From: Eledone cirrhosa
Lineage: Eukaryota
NCBI GenBank assembly: GCA_964016885.1
Contig: OZ024740.1
Span: 140,120,001-140,184,000 of the forward strand
Length of the DNA: 64,000 bases
Direction of reading: 5' to 3'
Part shown: piece by piece, positions 13,588 through 27,635 of the stretch
Position numbering within the stretch: position 1 is the stretch's first letter
Layout: the number at the start of each line of letters is the position of its first letter
Made by a program: the position numbers and the translations under genes
The notes under the pieces: model-generated
What the model was told of the DNA's origin: nothing
What the model saw: only the letters and a program-made list of their open reading frames with translations
Databases searched by the model: none

Positions 13588-14197
13588 TATACACTTTAGA
13601 AATTAATTTATAAATTATTTTTAATTTAGTTAACCTATAATTAATATTCTACTACTGATGAACTACATAATTCTGCTTTAAAAATTATAAACCTAATTAA
13701 TATACACTTTAGAAATTAATATATAAACTATTTTTACTTTAGTTAACCTATAATTAATATTCTACTACTGATGAACTGCATAATTTTGCTTTCCTTCTTA
13801 CAAATATCATTTCCTAAAACTGATACCATTAAGTAAACATATATAATGCTTTAACTTCAGGTTATGACTCTATGTTCCTTGAAAACTATATATATTTCTC
13901 ACTAATAAATTTAATCCCCCCCAATAATTATATGTATATATAAATGTATATGTGTGTGTATATATATATATGTATGTATGTATATATATGCATGTATATA
14001 TCTATGTATATATATATATATATATATATGTGTGTATGTGTATATATATGTATATGTATATATATATGTGTGTATATGTGTGTGTGTGTATGTGTATATA
14101 TATGTGTGTATATATATATATATATAAGTGTATATATGTATATATATATATGTGTGTGTGTATGTGTATATATATGTATATATATATATATGTATAA

Positions 14198-14233
<36 letters not shown>

Positions 14234-14851
14234 TTTATATTCTTTTAATTTACCCTCATCTTTAACTGCATCTAACTCTTATTTATCATATCTGTATGTA
14301 TTAGTATAATTTTATCAATATAAATATACCCATCAATTAAATTAATTTATATTCTTTTCATAGATGTATTTTTTTCACTAACATTCTTATTTTAAAACTT
14401 TAGTCACCTTAGATATTTGTATTGGCATTACTATTTTATAACAGCAACTGCTTGTATACCTTTTACTGACCACCTGACCTATTTTCACCCCTAAAATAAG
14501 CTTCAATTACTACTATTTTACCATTTGGCCAATTATTAACTTTCTATTGGTTAATTCTAAACCTCTTACCAAACAGACAGAGTATATTAGATCTTTGTTG
14601 GTTTTATTCAATGAACAAATAAAATTATTTCTGAGGTCAGCATAAGACCTATTTCTTCCCTAAAATAATCCTTCATTCATAATATTCTTTTCCATCCAAA
14701 ACTGAAATCTATCTTCCTCTACCCATAATTTAAGGTTCTTCTACTACTATATTACTATCCTGACCCTCACTATCTCTCTATTGGTCAATTCAAAACCTGT
14801 TCCCAAACAGACCTATTGTATTGAATCTTTGTTTTTTTCAATAAACAAATA

Positions 14852-14993
14852 TCATTATTTCTGAAGACAGCATATATATGTGTGGGTATGTATATTCCCT
14901 CTGATAGTTTGTATAAATATTGTACATAGATCTATAGAATATGCATACCAACTCTAACACATATATATCCTAGAAACGATCGTAAAATGATGA
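14852..14993 (+). ncRNA. Type-I hammerhead ribozyme with long stem II, in the PLE 3' repeat
   Basis: tcattattt-CTGAAGA-cagcatatatatgtg...cacatatatatccta-GAAA-cgatcg-TA-aaatgatga. Confidence 0.7.
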
Positions 14994-15177
14994 ATTTTTT
15001 TAATATAAAGAACTGTTTCTTTGTTTATTCATTATTTTATTAATTTATTTTGACTCTGTTTTCCGTTTATTTTTCACCGAAAGTAGTTTTTGAATGCATC
15101 TTCTCTTTTCATGATATCCGGATTACATTGAGTTCTTCATACGGATTGGACACTACCGTAAACTTTTGGTAGATTTA

Positions 15178-15217
<40 letters not shown>

Positions 15218-15434
15218 AAAATATATATATATATATATATATAGGAAAAAGTATGACCCCGACGGTAGAGCTCAAGCCGTTTCGACGGCTATTTCTGAGT
15301 CCAGAAATAGCCATCGAAACGGCTTGAGCTCTGCCGTCGGGGTCATACTTTTTCCTATTTCCCACTCTACTACTGTAAGTATTGAGTACTCTGGTGCGTT
15401 ATGGTCCATCTGGTTCCTTACCACATTTCCTTTG

Positions 15435-15469
<35 letters not shown>

Positions 15470-15472
<3 letters not shown>

Positions 15473-15636
15473 TAATACAATAACAGAGATAGCTTAACGT
15501 TAAACTCCGATTGGTAACCATCTCACTCAACAAACATTAGATTATATGTTAGTATAACCCAATTTAAGTGTTTGGGGTGCTAACTATATGTATTTTGTGG
15601 AAAGCCAGTTGTATTATTTTATGAGATATAATTAAA
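15470..15636. repeat. Dispersed (TA)n-associated repeat; copies at 34003-34168 and 34725-34860
   Basis: Shared tctcactcaacaaacattag...tttggggtgctaactatatgtattttg.ggaaagccag. Confidence 0.75.
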
Positions 15637-15639
15637 GTT

Positions 15640-15697
<58 letters not shown>

Positions 15698-15870
15698 GAG
15701 ATATGTATATAGAGAAAGAGTGTGTGTAGTTAATACGAAGCAGTGTGATATGTAATAAAACGCCGATATTTCCTTTTTAAAGCTTCTACAATGCGCTAGA
15801 AAAATACGAAGGGCAAATGATGACAACTGAAACAAAACAAAACAATAAATTTTTACTATGTGTATTTTAG

Positions 15871-15906
15871 CATGATATTTCAGGGCTATTGCCCACTTTT
15901 CAGATG
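15871..15906 (-). ncRNA. Minimal hammerhead ribozyme, G8A without compensation
   Basis: Minus strand: cat-CTGAAAA-gt gggc aata gccc t-GAAA-ta-TC-atg. Confidence 0.45.
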
Positions 15907-16214
15907 TGAAACAAAATGAACGAGGGATCAGAGTTTCAAGAGTTTTCTTAGAAAACTCTTAAATCTCGGAACAAAGGGTCCGAATTTCTAAGAAATTTAC
16001 CTTTCGAAAAAATGCAGAAGAATCACCCAATGCACGGAAGTAAAACAGACTGTTTAAGTCGGGTGTAGGGATATTCCCTATGGAAATCTTCAAAGTAGGG
16101 GAAATGCATAGAATTGCTAACGAAATATTCGGAAGAAATTAGAGAGGATTGTATGTAAAGAAACAATTGTAAGGAATCCCAATAATTTGCAGTTTGTAAA
16201 CTCCAATGGGTTTT

Positions 16215-16292
<78 letters not shown>

Positions 16293-17059
16293 GACGAACA
16301 GAGAGAGAGAGAGTTAAGAAAGACAAACGTCGCAATTTTTGCTTTTGTTTTGTTTTTTGTTTTGTTTTTGTTTTTTTTCATATGAGTTTTTAGAGACTTC
16401 GTCAGCAATAGAGAGGTCTTCTTAGGTCATGACTGAAGATTGGTTTCCACCCGGAAAAGTCCTCTCTACGGCGCTTGCCTGAGCAAGATGTTTAGTGGAA
16501 GATCAGCAGTCGACCATGCTAGCGAGTCTCATCTCACCACGCCACCGATATTGACCAAATATTGATACAGTTTGGCAGCACTGCCATCCCAATTCATATA
16601 TACACTATATATTACGTTGTCCATGAGAAAAACAAAAGCTGATACTGCTTAGAACTTTTCCAGCTAACATGACTGGAACAACGTGAAATAAAGTGTCTTG
16701 CTCAAGGACGCAAAGCGCCACCTGATCCGAGAATCGAACTCGTGCTTTTTACGATCATGAAACCATCACCTGAACCACAAAGCTGCGCGCCTTTACAACC
16801 TTCGCAATGCTGGTAACATATCGTCAAGGGACGAGGGGATATTCCCTAATCTAATTCTTTGGCACGATATCACAAATTTGCACGTTTCACATCCGTTTGA
16901 AACCAGAAAAGATAACTTAGTTCAGTAGTGTCCAATATTTTCAGAACCCAGGACCCCTTTTATTTAAATGAATTTACCCACGGACCCCCTTGCTATAATT
17001 ACTGGAGTATTATACAACGGGAATAACAATCCAAAGAGAGATACGTTTATACTTAAAAA

Positions 17060-17241
17060 ATAATTGTTTCTACTATTGGCACAAGGCCAGAAATTAGCCA
17101 GTACATTACTGGTACTTTATTTTATCGACCTCCTAAGGATGAAAGGCAAAGTTAACCTCGGCGGGATTTGAACTCAGATCATAAAGGGACGTAACTCTAT
17201 GCTTCAAAGCATAGTGTCCGACCCTCTACCGATACTGCCAA
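17060..17241 (-). mobile_element. SINE family A
   Basis: Reverse complement of the 8910-9093 consensus. Confidence 0.85.
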
Positions 17242-17559
17242 TAAAATAATGCATAATCAATAGTATGTGTAAGGTTTTAAAGAAGTACGTGAAATTTTGA
17301 ACTAAGCTCATGGGGCCCCAGTACTATATTTGCTGACCCTACAATAGGCACAGTTGATACTTTATATCTGGTAAATAATTACAAAATTTTAAATATATTT
17401 CCCCTTGATTTAGCATTTATAGTCATTGTATGGGAAAAACGCACGACAACATATTTACGCAAATTCTTCATGAAAAGTTAGAGAAAAAACCGCATGTGGG
17501 CACAAGCTAGAGTTCGGCAAACCATTACATGCGTGCATACACAAATACACAAATACACA

Positions 17560-17744
<185 letters not shown>

Positions 17745-17749
17745 GTATG

Positions 17750-17780
<31 letters not shown>

Positions 17781-17788
<8 letters not shown>

Positions 17789-17984
17789 ATACTTTGGGAG
17801 GGTCATGTTGCCAAGAACTATGACTATATATATATAAACAAATATCTGGTTGTGGAACCAACCAACCAACCAGAAATTTATAAATTTGTAAATTTATAAA
17901 TATTTAATAAATTAAATTGAAGTGAAAGCAACTGGTGCGTGTGTTTCTTATTGGCAACATGACCCTCCCAAAGTATAACAATAT
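17781..17984. repeat. Fold-back element (~32 bp arms) in (TA)n
   Basis: atattgttatactttgggagggtcatgttgccaa / ttggcaacatgaccctcccaaagtataacaatat. Confidence 0.75.
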
Positions 17985-18038
17985 CGGTTTCAACACACGA
18001 TTTCAGATAAAGAATCTTGCTAAACAAATTCAGAAACG

Positions 18039-18122
<84 letters not shown>

Positions 18123-18806
18123 GTATGTATTTATATATATATATATAAATGTGGGCTCTGGTTTATCTGGTGTCACACCAACACATACCTAAAAGCTCTA
18201 CTGTTTTTGTTTCCAGTCCGATTCATGCTGACACTTATAATCACAGGCCTACCATTAACACCAACTTCTCCAGACTTGGAATACACACACACGCACGCAC
18301 ACAGACACACACACGCACACACACACACGCGCAATATATAGATACATACGTACATACATACAAAATTTGTGAAATTATAAAACCAGAAGAACATACATAC
18401 AAACATACATACATACATACATACAAACATACATACAAACATACATACATACATACATACACACAAACATACATATATCATATATACATACATACTTCTC
18501 GAAACACCTGTATTCCGCCTCCCTCACATCGAGAAGCCGTACAGGTGACGATAGGGTTGACATTCAACGGTTAAGGCCTAAGAACCATAACTCCGCATTC
18601 TTAACAGCTGTGTTCCATACACCCTACAGATACTTAACAGCTGTCTTCCTTCCGTGCAGATTCTTTTACACTTGTATAAACATGGATGAGCGAGAGAAAA
18701 AAGAATAATAAAGAAAACAAAGACTATCAAACAGCGCCTTCAAAATATCTAAATATAACTTTTGAACCACGTTTGGAGGGTCTATTTTGAAAAACTATGT
18801 AACGAA

Positions 18807-19190
18807 ATAACTGTTTCTACTTTTGGCACAAGGCCAGCCATTACCCCAGTGTATTACTGGCACTTTACTTTATCGACCCCGTAAGAGTGAAAGGCAAAGT
18901 TATCCTCGGCGGGATTTGAACTCAGAATGGCAAGGGCCGTAACTCAATGCGTCAAAGCATGGCGTTCGACCCTCTACCGACACTGCCACTTCACTATGTA
19001 ACGAAATAACTGTTTCTACTTTTCGCACAAGGCCAGCAATTACCCAGTGCATTACTGGTACTTTATTTCATCGACCCCATGAGGATGAAAGGCAAAGTTA
19101 ACCTTGGCGGGCTTTGAACTCAGAATGGCAAGGGACGTAACTCCATGCGTCAAAGCATGGCGTCCGACTCTCTACCGATACTGCCAATCC
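18807..19190 (-). mobile_element. Two tandem SINE family A copies
   Basis: Copies at 18807-18990 and 19006-19190; actatgtaacgaaataa is duplicated around the first copy (TSD-like). Confidence 0.85.
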
Positions 19191-19300
19191 AGAAATAACG
19201 AAATGTAATATGTTTCAATACTGCAACCTCGTCTATGGGTCTTTTTTCTAAAGAGGATACGCAACACACACACACACACAAATACAAACATATATATTAT

Positions 19301-19430
<130 letters not shown>

Positions 19431-19431
19431 A

Positions 19432-19468
<37 letters not shown>

Positions 19469-19634
19469 ATCTATATATATATATCCATCTATACTTGCAT
19501 ATGTGTGTATGCAAGAGCGCAGGTGAGTGCATGTGTGTGCGTATATACATATTCGTGTGTATGCGTATATACATATATATGTGTGTGGGGGGTGTATATA
19601 TATATATATATATAAGTGTGTGTGCGTGTGTATG

Positions 19635-19667
<33 letters not shown>

Positions 19668-20184
19668 GGAAAGAGAGTGAGAGACGAGAAGAGAGAGAAC
19701 AAGAGAAAGTGTGTGTGTGTAATTATTTCCTTGCCAATGCATATAGTCGCTAACGAACCAAGGGACATAACTTACACACATATTTATCTCTCTTCTTATG
19801 TATGGTGAAAGAAGCCGAATATCTATCCAAGGCAACTAGTGAAAGACAAAAGCTGTGGTTTCAGTCTTGGTTGATACCAACCGCAAAGGATTACATAAAA
19901 TATATCGATGTTCTATCAGCTATTAATACAGGGCATATTATAAATAAATTAAAACGACTAAAATACATGATTAACACTTGAATTGACAGACCTTTCTGAA
20001 TGAAAATCGACGCGTATATAAATAAATATATATATATATATATATATATATGCAAAAGTTCTATTTAAAATTGTTGGGATACAACAAGTAAATATTTTTA
20101 TAACTGATATAAAGCACTCGACAAGTATTTGGAGTAGATATACGATATTAATAAATGGAAACTATATTTATAAAACCATATTTA

Positions 20185-20245
20185 TTTCATTATACATATT
20201 TCAGGGATACCAAATTAAATTATGGTATGCCTTCATCAGACAAAA
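20185..20245 (-). ncRNA. Type-I hammerhead ribozyme (family F)
   Basis: Minus strand: ttttgt-CTGATGA-aggcatacca..tggtatccct-GAAA-tatgta-TA-atgaaa. Confidence 0.65.
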
Positions 20246-20325
20246 TACAATATATAACAGTTTTACAAATAAGCTTTGACGTACCCTTTTAAAATGCAAT
20301 ATATATATATATATATATATATATA

Positions 20326-20913
20326 AGTATGATACGTACATACATATATGTATACAGACGTACAGTAGTATGTATATATATATACATACACACATATATA
20401 TATGTACGTATGGATTCACCAAACAATTATTATAATGCTCGGTGTGTTTGTAAACAAACATCCAGTAGAAAGCCGCAGTGTCTAGCAACCATCGTTGCTC
20501 GTTTGTTCAACACTGACAAAGGAACGCTGTACTAGTTTCAAGCTTATTAGCTATCGTCAGCAACGTATACCTTCCTGCCAGATGGTTGAACGTCTGAAAG
20601 TATATACTTTCCTTATGCATATTAACGGCTGAGTAGCCCGATTTGCATATCGAGTGGGTTAATCGGACGTTCAACAATCTGGCAGGAAGGTATACGTTGC
20701 TGACGATAGCTAACAAGCCTGAAACTAGTACAGCGTTCCTTTGTCAGTGTTGGACAAATGAGCAACGATGGTTGCTAGACACTACGGCTTTATACGGGAT
20801 GTTTGTTTACAAACACACCGAGCATTATAATAAATATTTGGTGAATCCATACGTACATATATATATGTTTGCATGTATGTATATATATATACATACTACT
20901 GTACGTCTGTATA

Positions 20914-20915
<2 letters not shown>
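20326..20915. repeat. Family D repeat in fold-back arrangement
   Basis: 20345-20595 is inverted at 20665-20912; homologous to 22246-22620. Confidence 0.8.
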
Positions 20916-20979
<64 letters not shown>

Positions 20980-20982
20980 TAG

Positions 20983-21185
20983 AAACGGAGAATCAGCGTG
21001 CAGTAGTATGTATATGTATATATATATATATATATATACATAAGAAACGGAGAATCAGCGTTGCGACGAATAAAATTTGTTAGACATATTGCATCGATCG
21101 TGTCTCGAGCTGGTCGCCAGAGAAACGATTGTAATATGTCTAATAAATTTTATTCGTCGCAACGGTGATTCTCCGTTTCTTATGT
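20983..21185. repeat. Fold-back element
   Basis: taagaaacggagaatcagcgttgcgacgaataaaatttgttagacatattgca pairs with tgtaatatgtctaataaattttattcgtcgcaacggtgattctccgtttctta. Confidence 0.75.
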
Positions 21186-21263
21186 GATATTATACTCTGC
21201 TCTGTAAGAGCATCGAGTGCTCATACGGCCTTCCGCTTACGGACGTTTCAAGCATCCCACAAC

Positions 21264-21384
<121 letters not shown>

Positions 21385-21414
21385 GTATGTACACATACAC
21401 GCATACATATATAA

Positions 21415-21566
21415 AGATAGTATTAGCAATCGGTCCAATTTGACGAAAGTCGATCGACTGTCGATATATATATATATATATATCCGCTGTCGATCGACTT
21501 ATATATATATATATATCGACAGTCGATCGACTTTCGTCATATCGGACTGATTGTTAATACTATCTT
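21415..21566. repeat. Fold-back element joined to SINE B; related to 7575-7667
   Basis: gatagtattagcaatcggtccaatttgacgaaagtcgatcgactgtcga / tcgacagtcgatcgactttcgtcatatcggactgattgttaatactatc. Confidence 0.75.
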
Positions 21567-21778
21567 TCCAGTTGCTAATATTATCTATCGGTCGCAACTC
21601 CAGGTAGAAGGAGCAACGTGAAATGAAGTGTCTTGCTCAAGGACATAACGTATCGCCCGGTCCAGGAATCGAACTCACAACCTCACGATTGCGAATCTAA
21701 TTGTCTTACAACGAAATGCATACATAAATATATAATATATACAAACATACTTACACACATGCGCGCACACACACACAG

Positions 21779-21869
<91 letters not shown>

Positions 21870-21897
21870 AATATATATATTTATAAAATCATATTTA

Positions 21898-21952
21898 TTC
21901 TATTATATATATTTCAAGGTACCAGAATTGTGTACGCTCTCATCAGATAAAA
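21898..21952 (-). ncRNA. Type-I hammerhead ribozyme (family F), inverted partner of 21991
   Basis: Minus strand: ttttat-CTGATGA-gagcgtac..gtacctt-GAAA-tatata-TA-atagaa. Confidence 0.7.
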
Positions 21953-21990
21953 TACAAAGTTTGTATAATATTTATAAAACAAACTTTGTA

Positions 21991-22047
21991 TTTTATCTGA
22001 TGAGAGCGTACCAAAGTTTTGGTACCCTTGAAATATATATAATAGAA
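21991..22047 (+). ncRNA. Type-I hammerhead ribozyme (family F)
   Basis: ttttat-CTGATGA-gagcgtaccaaagttttggtaccctt-GAAA-tatata-TA-atagaa. Confidence 0.75.
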
Positions 22048-22185
22048 TAAATATGGTTTTATAAATATAGTTTCCATTTATTTAATATCATTGAATATTA
22101 TACTCCAGAAAACTCGTCGAGTGCTTTGAGTCAGTTATAAACATTTATATTTGTTGAATTACCAACAAATTAAATATCCCTTTTG

Positions 22186-22240
<55 letters not shown>

Positions 22241-22245
<5 letters not shown>

Positions 22246-23361
22246 AATGTAAGTATGTATGTATACGTACATACATATATGTATACAGACGTACAGTAGT
22301 ATGTATATATATACATACATGCACGCATATATATATGCACGTATCGGTTTACCGAACAATTATTATAATGCTCGGTTTGTTTGTTTGTAAACAAACAAAC
22401 AGCCCGGATTACGCCGTACAGTGTTTAGGCAACCACGTCACATTTTTGTTCAACACTGAAACAGGAACGATGTACTAGTTTCAAGCTTATTAGCTATCGT
22501 CAGCATCGTATACCTTCCTGCCAGATGGTTGAACGTCTGAAAGTATATACTTTCCTTATGCATATTAACGGCTGAGCAGTCTAATTTGCATATCAAGTGA
22601 GTTCAGCGGCCGGGCACACCGAAACGATAAATGGAATAGAATGAAACGAAATTTCATTTCTCACTCTTAGTACGGCACTTACTTAAATGTAAGTATGTAT
22701 GTATACGTACATACATATATGTATACAAACGTACAGTAGTATGTATATATATATATACATATACATACTACTGAACGTCTGTATACATATATGTATGTAT
22801 GTACGTATACATACATACTTACATATATATATATACATACATATACATACTACTGCACGTCTGTATACATATATGTATGTACGTATACATACATACTTAC
22901 ATTTAAGTAAGTGCCGTACTAAGAGTGAGAAATGAAATTTCGTTTCATTCTATTCCATTTATTGTTTTCGGTGCGCCCGGTCGACTGAACTCACTCGATA
23001 TGCAAATTAGGCTGCTCAGCCGTTAATATGCATAAGGAAAGTATATACTTTCAGACGTTCAACCATCTGGCAGGAAGGTATACGATGCTGACGATAGCTA
23101 ATAAGCTTGAAACTAGTACATCGTTCCTGTGTCAGTGTATGGCGTAATTCGGGCTGTTTGTTTGTTTACAAACAAACAAACCGAGCATTATAATAAATGT
23201 TCGGTAAACCGATACGTGCATATATATATGTGTGCATGTATATATATACATACTACTGTACGTCTGTATACATATATGTATGTACGTATACATACATACA
23301 TACATACATTTAAGTAAGTGCTGTACTAAGAGTGAGAAATGAAATTTCGTTTCATTCTATT

Positions 23362-23365
<4 letters not shown>
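22241..23365. repeat. Family D: ~440 bp unit in partial tandem, followed by its inverted copy; another fragment at 63885-64000
   Basis: aaatgtaagtatgtatgtatacgtac recurs at 22246 and 22685; 22850-23300 is the reverse complement of 22250-22740. Confidence 0.8.
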
Positions 23366-23424
<59 letters not shown>

Positions 23425-23468
23425 TGAAAAAGAACAAAGGAACTATTATGACATTATAACAAGTTTAT

Positions 23469-23515
23469 TGCCGGCAGCCGTTTCGTCCGACCATATGGTG
23501 GGACTTTTCAAGGCA
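23469..23515 (-). ncRNA. Hammerhead ribozyme, U3-A8 core variant (U16.1C lesion)
   Basis: Minus strand: tgcc-TTGAAAA-gtcc caccatatggtc ggac-GAAA-cggctg-CC-ggca. Confidence 0.6.
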
Positions 23516-23754
23516 TATAACATGTGATTGTAAGTTCATTATTTACATCAACGTATCACTCAAGACTAGCAGTTTGAAATTGTGGTATAGATCAGCAGCT
23601 CCGCTTGTATATTCCGACAACTAATATAAGAGAGCCCCCTTAGAATATAGACCCCAAATATACAAGCGGAGCTGCTGATGTATACCACAATTTCATACTG
23701 CTAGTCTTGAGTGATACGTTGATGTAAATAATGAACTTACAATCACATGTTATA

Positions 23755-23801
23755 TGCCTTGAAAAGACCCACCATATGGTCGGACGAAACGGCTGTCGGC
23801 A
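23755..23801 (+). ncRNA. Hammerhead ribozyme, U3-A8 core variant
   Basis: tgcc-TTGAAAA-gacc caccatatggtc ggac-GAAA-cggctg-TC-ggca. Confidence 0.68.
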
Positions 23802-23954
23802 ATAAACTTGTTATAATGTCATAATAGTTCCTTTGTTCTTGTTCATTAATATTTCTGCTCTGCTTATACGCATAGAGCTTAACTAGCTACCGTCACATAT
23901 TTGGTAGGTCAGACGTGATCATCGCGATTCACATACGACCTACCATACATCTTG

Positions 23955-23988
<34 letters not shown>

Positions 23989-24008
23989 TATATATATACA
24001 TTCATATA

Positions 24009-24295
24009 TCTATAATATTATAAAGCTGAGTGTCGTGTGTATTATGTATGTATGTATCCTACACGCCTCCCTATATTTTCTTAGATTTACTCTCTCCGTC
24101 GCTCTTCCCCCTCTCTATAATTTAACTGCTTTACTTTCTCTGTCGCTCTTCACTCTCTAATATTATAAAGCTGAGCGTCGTCTCTCTCTCTCCCTCCTTC
24201 ACCCTCTCTATAATTTAACTGCTTTACTCTCTGTCTCTCTTCACTCTCTATATGACAACACTCTTTTACTTTCCGTATCTACCTTCAATATATCA
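24009..24295 (+). mobile_element. Non-autonomous Helitron-like 5' end with internal duplication; related segment at 25286-25380
   Basis: Begins tctataatattataaagctgag, followed by a (tatg)n patch, resembling non-autonomous Helitron 5' termini; no 3' CTAG end seen. Confidence 0.4.
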
Positions 24296-24303
24296 ATATA
24301 TAC

Positions 24304-24595
24304 CCAGGTTTTGCTGCACGTCGGGCTGAGGGGGCCACACTCCTCAAATACCGGTCGCTCTCCGATAGGTTTGCGGTCGTACCTCTGGCCGTGGAGACTT
24401 CTGGTGTCCTCGGCCCCAGGGCTACCTCCTTACTCACCACCATAGGCGCTGAGCTGGCCAGCCACAGGTGTGAGCCTCGCGAGTTGGAGTGGCTTTTCTA
24501 GCGTGTCTCCCTTGCCGTCCTTCGGGGAAACGCCTTCTCTATTCTGTCCACCGGGGCTGTGGGTGGGCCCCATCGCGTACCGTTGTAGTTGTTGT
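24304..24595 (+). mobile_element. 3' fragment of a CRE-clade non-LTR retrotransposon (restriction-like endonuclease C-terminus)
   Basis: Translates PGFAARRAEGATLLKYRSLSDRFAVVPLAVETSGVLGPRATSLLTTIG...WLF*RVSLAVLRGNAFSIL, matching the AE..K..KY / P.A.ET.G / QR.S.A..RGNA pattern. Confidence 0.7.
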
Positions 24596-24983
24596 ATACA
24601 GATACTAACTCATCAATCCCATTATTTATATCATATATCAACATAGAGATGAGTATGTATGTATGTTTATTTCTAAAGGATAACCTCCTTCAAATTCGGT
24701 CAACTCACAAGCAGGTAATACAACATCAAAAGGCAACCCTCTTAGAGAGATAGAGAATTAAAGAGACAGATTAGAAAAACTACACACACACACATCTAAA
24801 GAGAGAGAGAGGAGAGAGGATAGAGAGACAGGGAAAGAGAAACAGAGGGACGGGCAAGGAGGTAATACATACATCTAAAATCATTTGGATACAAATATCA
24901 TAATATAATGGTTGCAGAACGAAAATACAGACAAATATAATAATGTATGTATCCCACACACTTTTTCTGTCGTCGCTCGCATA

Positions 24984-25099
<116 letters not shown>

Positions 25100-25383
25100 G
25101 CACACGCACACACACACACAAATACACATACTTTCACACCTGATTTCGCCAATTGCCGGATAACATCAAAACAAAACACACAGACGCACACATGCACATA
25201 CACACATACACAAACACACATGCACATACACATACACAAACACACACACATATCTATACTTTATATGTATGTATGTAAGATCATTCCCCCTCTCTATAAT
25301 TTAACTGCTTTACTCTCTCTGTCGCTCTTCACTCTCTATATGACAACACTGTTTTAGTTTCCATATCTCCCTTCAATATATAC

Positions 25384-25466
<83 letters not shown>

Positions 25467-26107
25467 GAGAGTGAACAAATTCTACCCTCATAGGCAGATG
25501 ATAAATTTCAGCTGCAGTCCGCAGACAAGATGGCGCAGTCATTACCGCAGAGAAAAGCCAGCGATACCCGCTGCATCAGCTATGCCACCTCATAGGCTTT
25601 CTTCCTCAAGCCTGATGCGCCCGCTCCAATTTGGTGGAGCAAAAGAGTACTCCGGGGTTTGTGGACACCGGAAGTCGTAATAGCGACCGGCAAACAAAGG
25701 TAACAGTTAGCCAAAGTTTGTTGTCGAAGAGATGAGGTTGGCTCAGCAGAAAGTGTTGTGGCGTTATAAATGAACAACTTACCCATCTCAAACGAAAAGA
25801 AGTTTATCCTGTGTGAGCGTTTACCGTCACCGCAGTCGAGGCTGACATGCTTAGGTTGTAACAGGAGACTAGCCGTAGTGGGGCTAAGATATAAAACCTG
25901 TAATACCACCCATGTGACGAATACCTTGGGCTGAAACACTTTAATTTCAACGTTTAACATGACTGCCCTATAACCTATTTTAACAACGCCCAGATTTATG
26001 CAGACCTCCCCAGGAGGGTGAGGTTGATCTGTCGTGGAGGTTAACACCATTGTCTGACGCTTCGGTACATATAGAGGTCTCAGAACACAACTAAAAGATG
26101 ATGATCA

Positions 26108-26300
26108 TCTATACATATATATAAAACTGTTGTTGTCTGTGTGTATGTGTGTGTGTCCTCATTTTTGCAAAGTCTATACAAATCCACATTTCTACTCCGA
26201 TTGACTTCAAACTTACATTTATATATTCCTTGCGGTTTAAAGATACTAACTGCAATTTTCTGTTGTTAAAGGGGTGTTAGGCGCCGGTTATCGATCTCCG
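26108..26300 (+). mobile_element. Possible non-autonomous Helitron-like 5' fragment
   Basis: tctatacatatatataaaactg...tctgtgtgtatg...ccgattgacttcaaactt. Confidence 0.3.
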
Positions 26301-26374
26301 ACGAGCCCTTATAATATCTGTCTGTATAACGACATCTGTCTGCATAACGACATTCTGACGTATTATCTTCGCTA

Positions 26375-27244
<870 letters not shown>

Positions 27245-27408
27245 TACTTATATATACATATATATATATATACACATATAGACATATACACACACATATA
27301 TACACACACATATATATATATATATATATTTATACATATACAAACACATACACACATATATATATATACACATATACATTTATATAAATATACACATAAA
27401 AATATATG

Positions 27409-27459
<51 letters not shown>

Positions 27460-27592
27460 CTATATATATACATATATATACAGATATATATACATATATA
27501 TATACATATATATATACATACATACACACACACACATATATATATATATATATGCATACAGAGACACACACACACACACATATATATATGTA

Positions 27593-27635
<43 letters not shown>

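Larger units (their letters stand above)
12105..15180 (+). mobile_element. 5'-truncated Penelope-like retroelement with inverted 5' pseudo-LTR piece, inserted in (TA)n
   Basis: 12111-12160 is the reverse complement of ~14996-15047; RT-thumb/GIY-YIG ORF; HHR in the 3' repeat; (TA)n on both flanks. Confidence 0.85.
23419..23850. repeat. Long fold-back (~194 bp arms) carrying two opposed HHRs
   Basis: 23419-23612 is the reverse complement of 23657-23850; (TA)n flanks. Confidence 0.88.

Noticed and set aside
13650-13830. ctgatgaact repeats after the PLE stop as HHR or SECIS
   Set aside because: There is no downstream GAAA or stems, no SECIS helix, and no in-frame UGA in the ORF.
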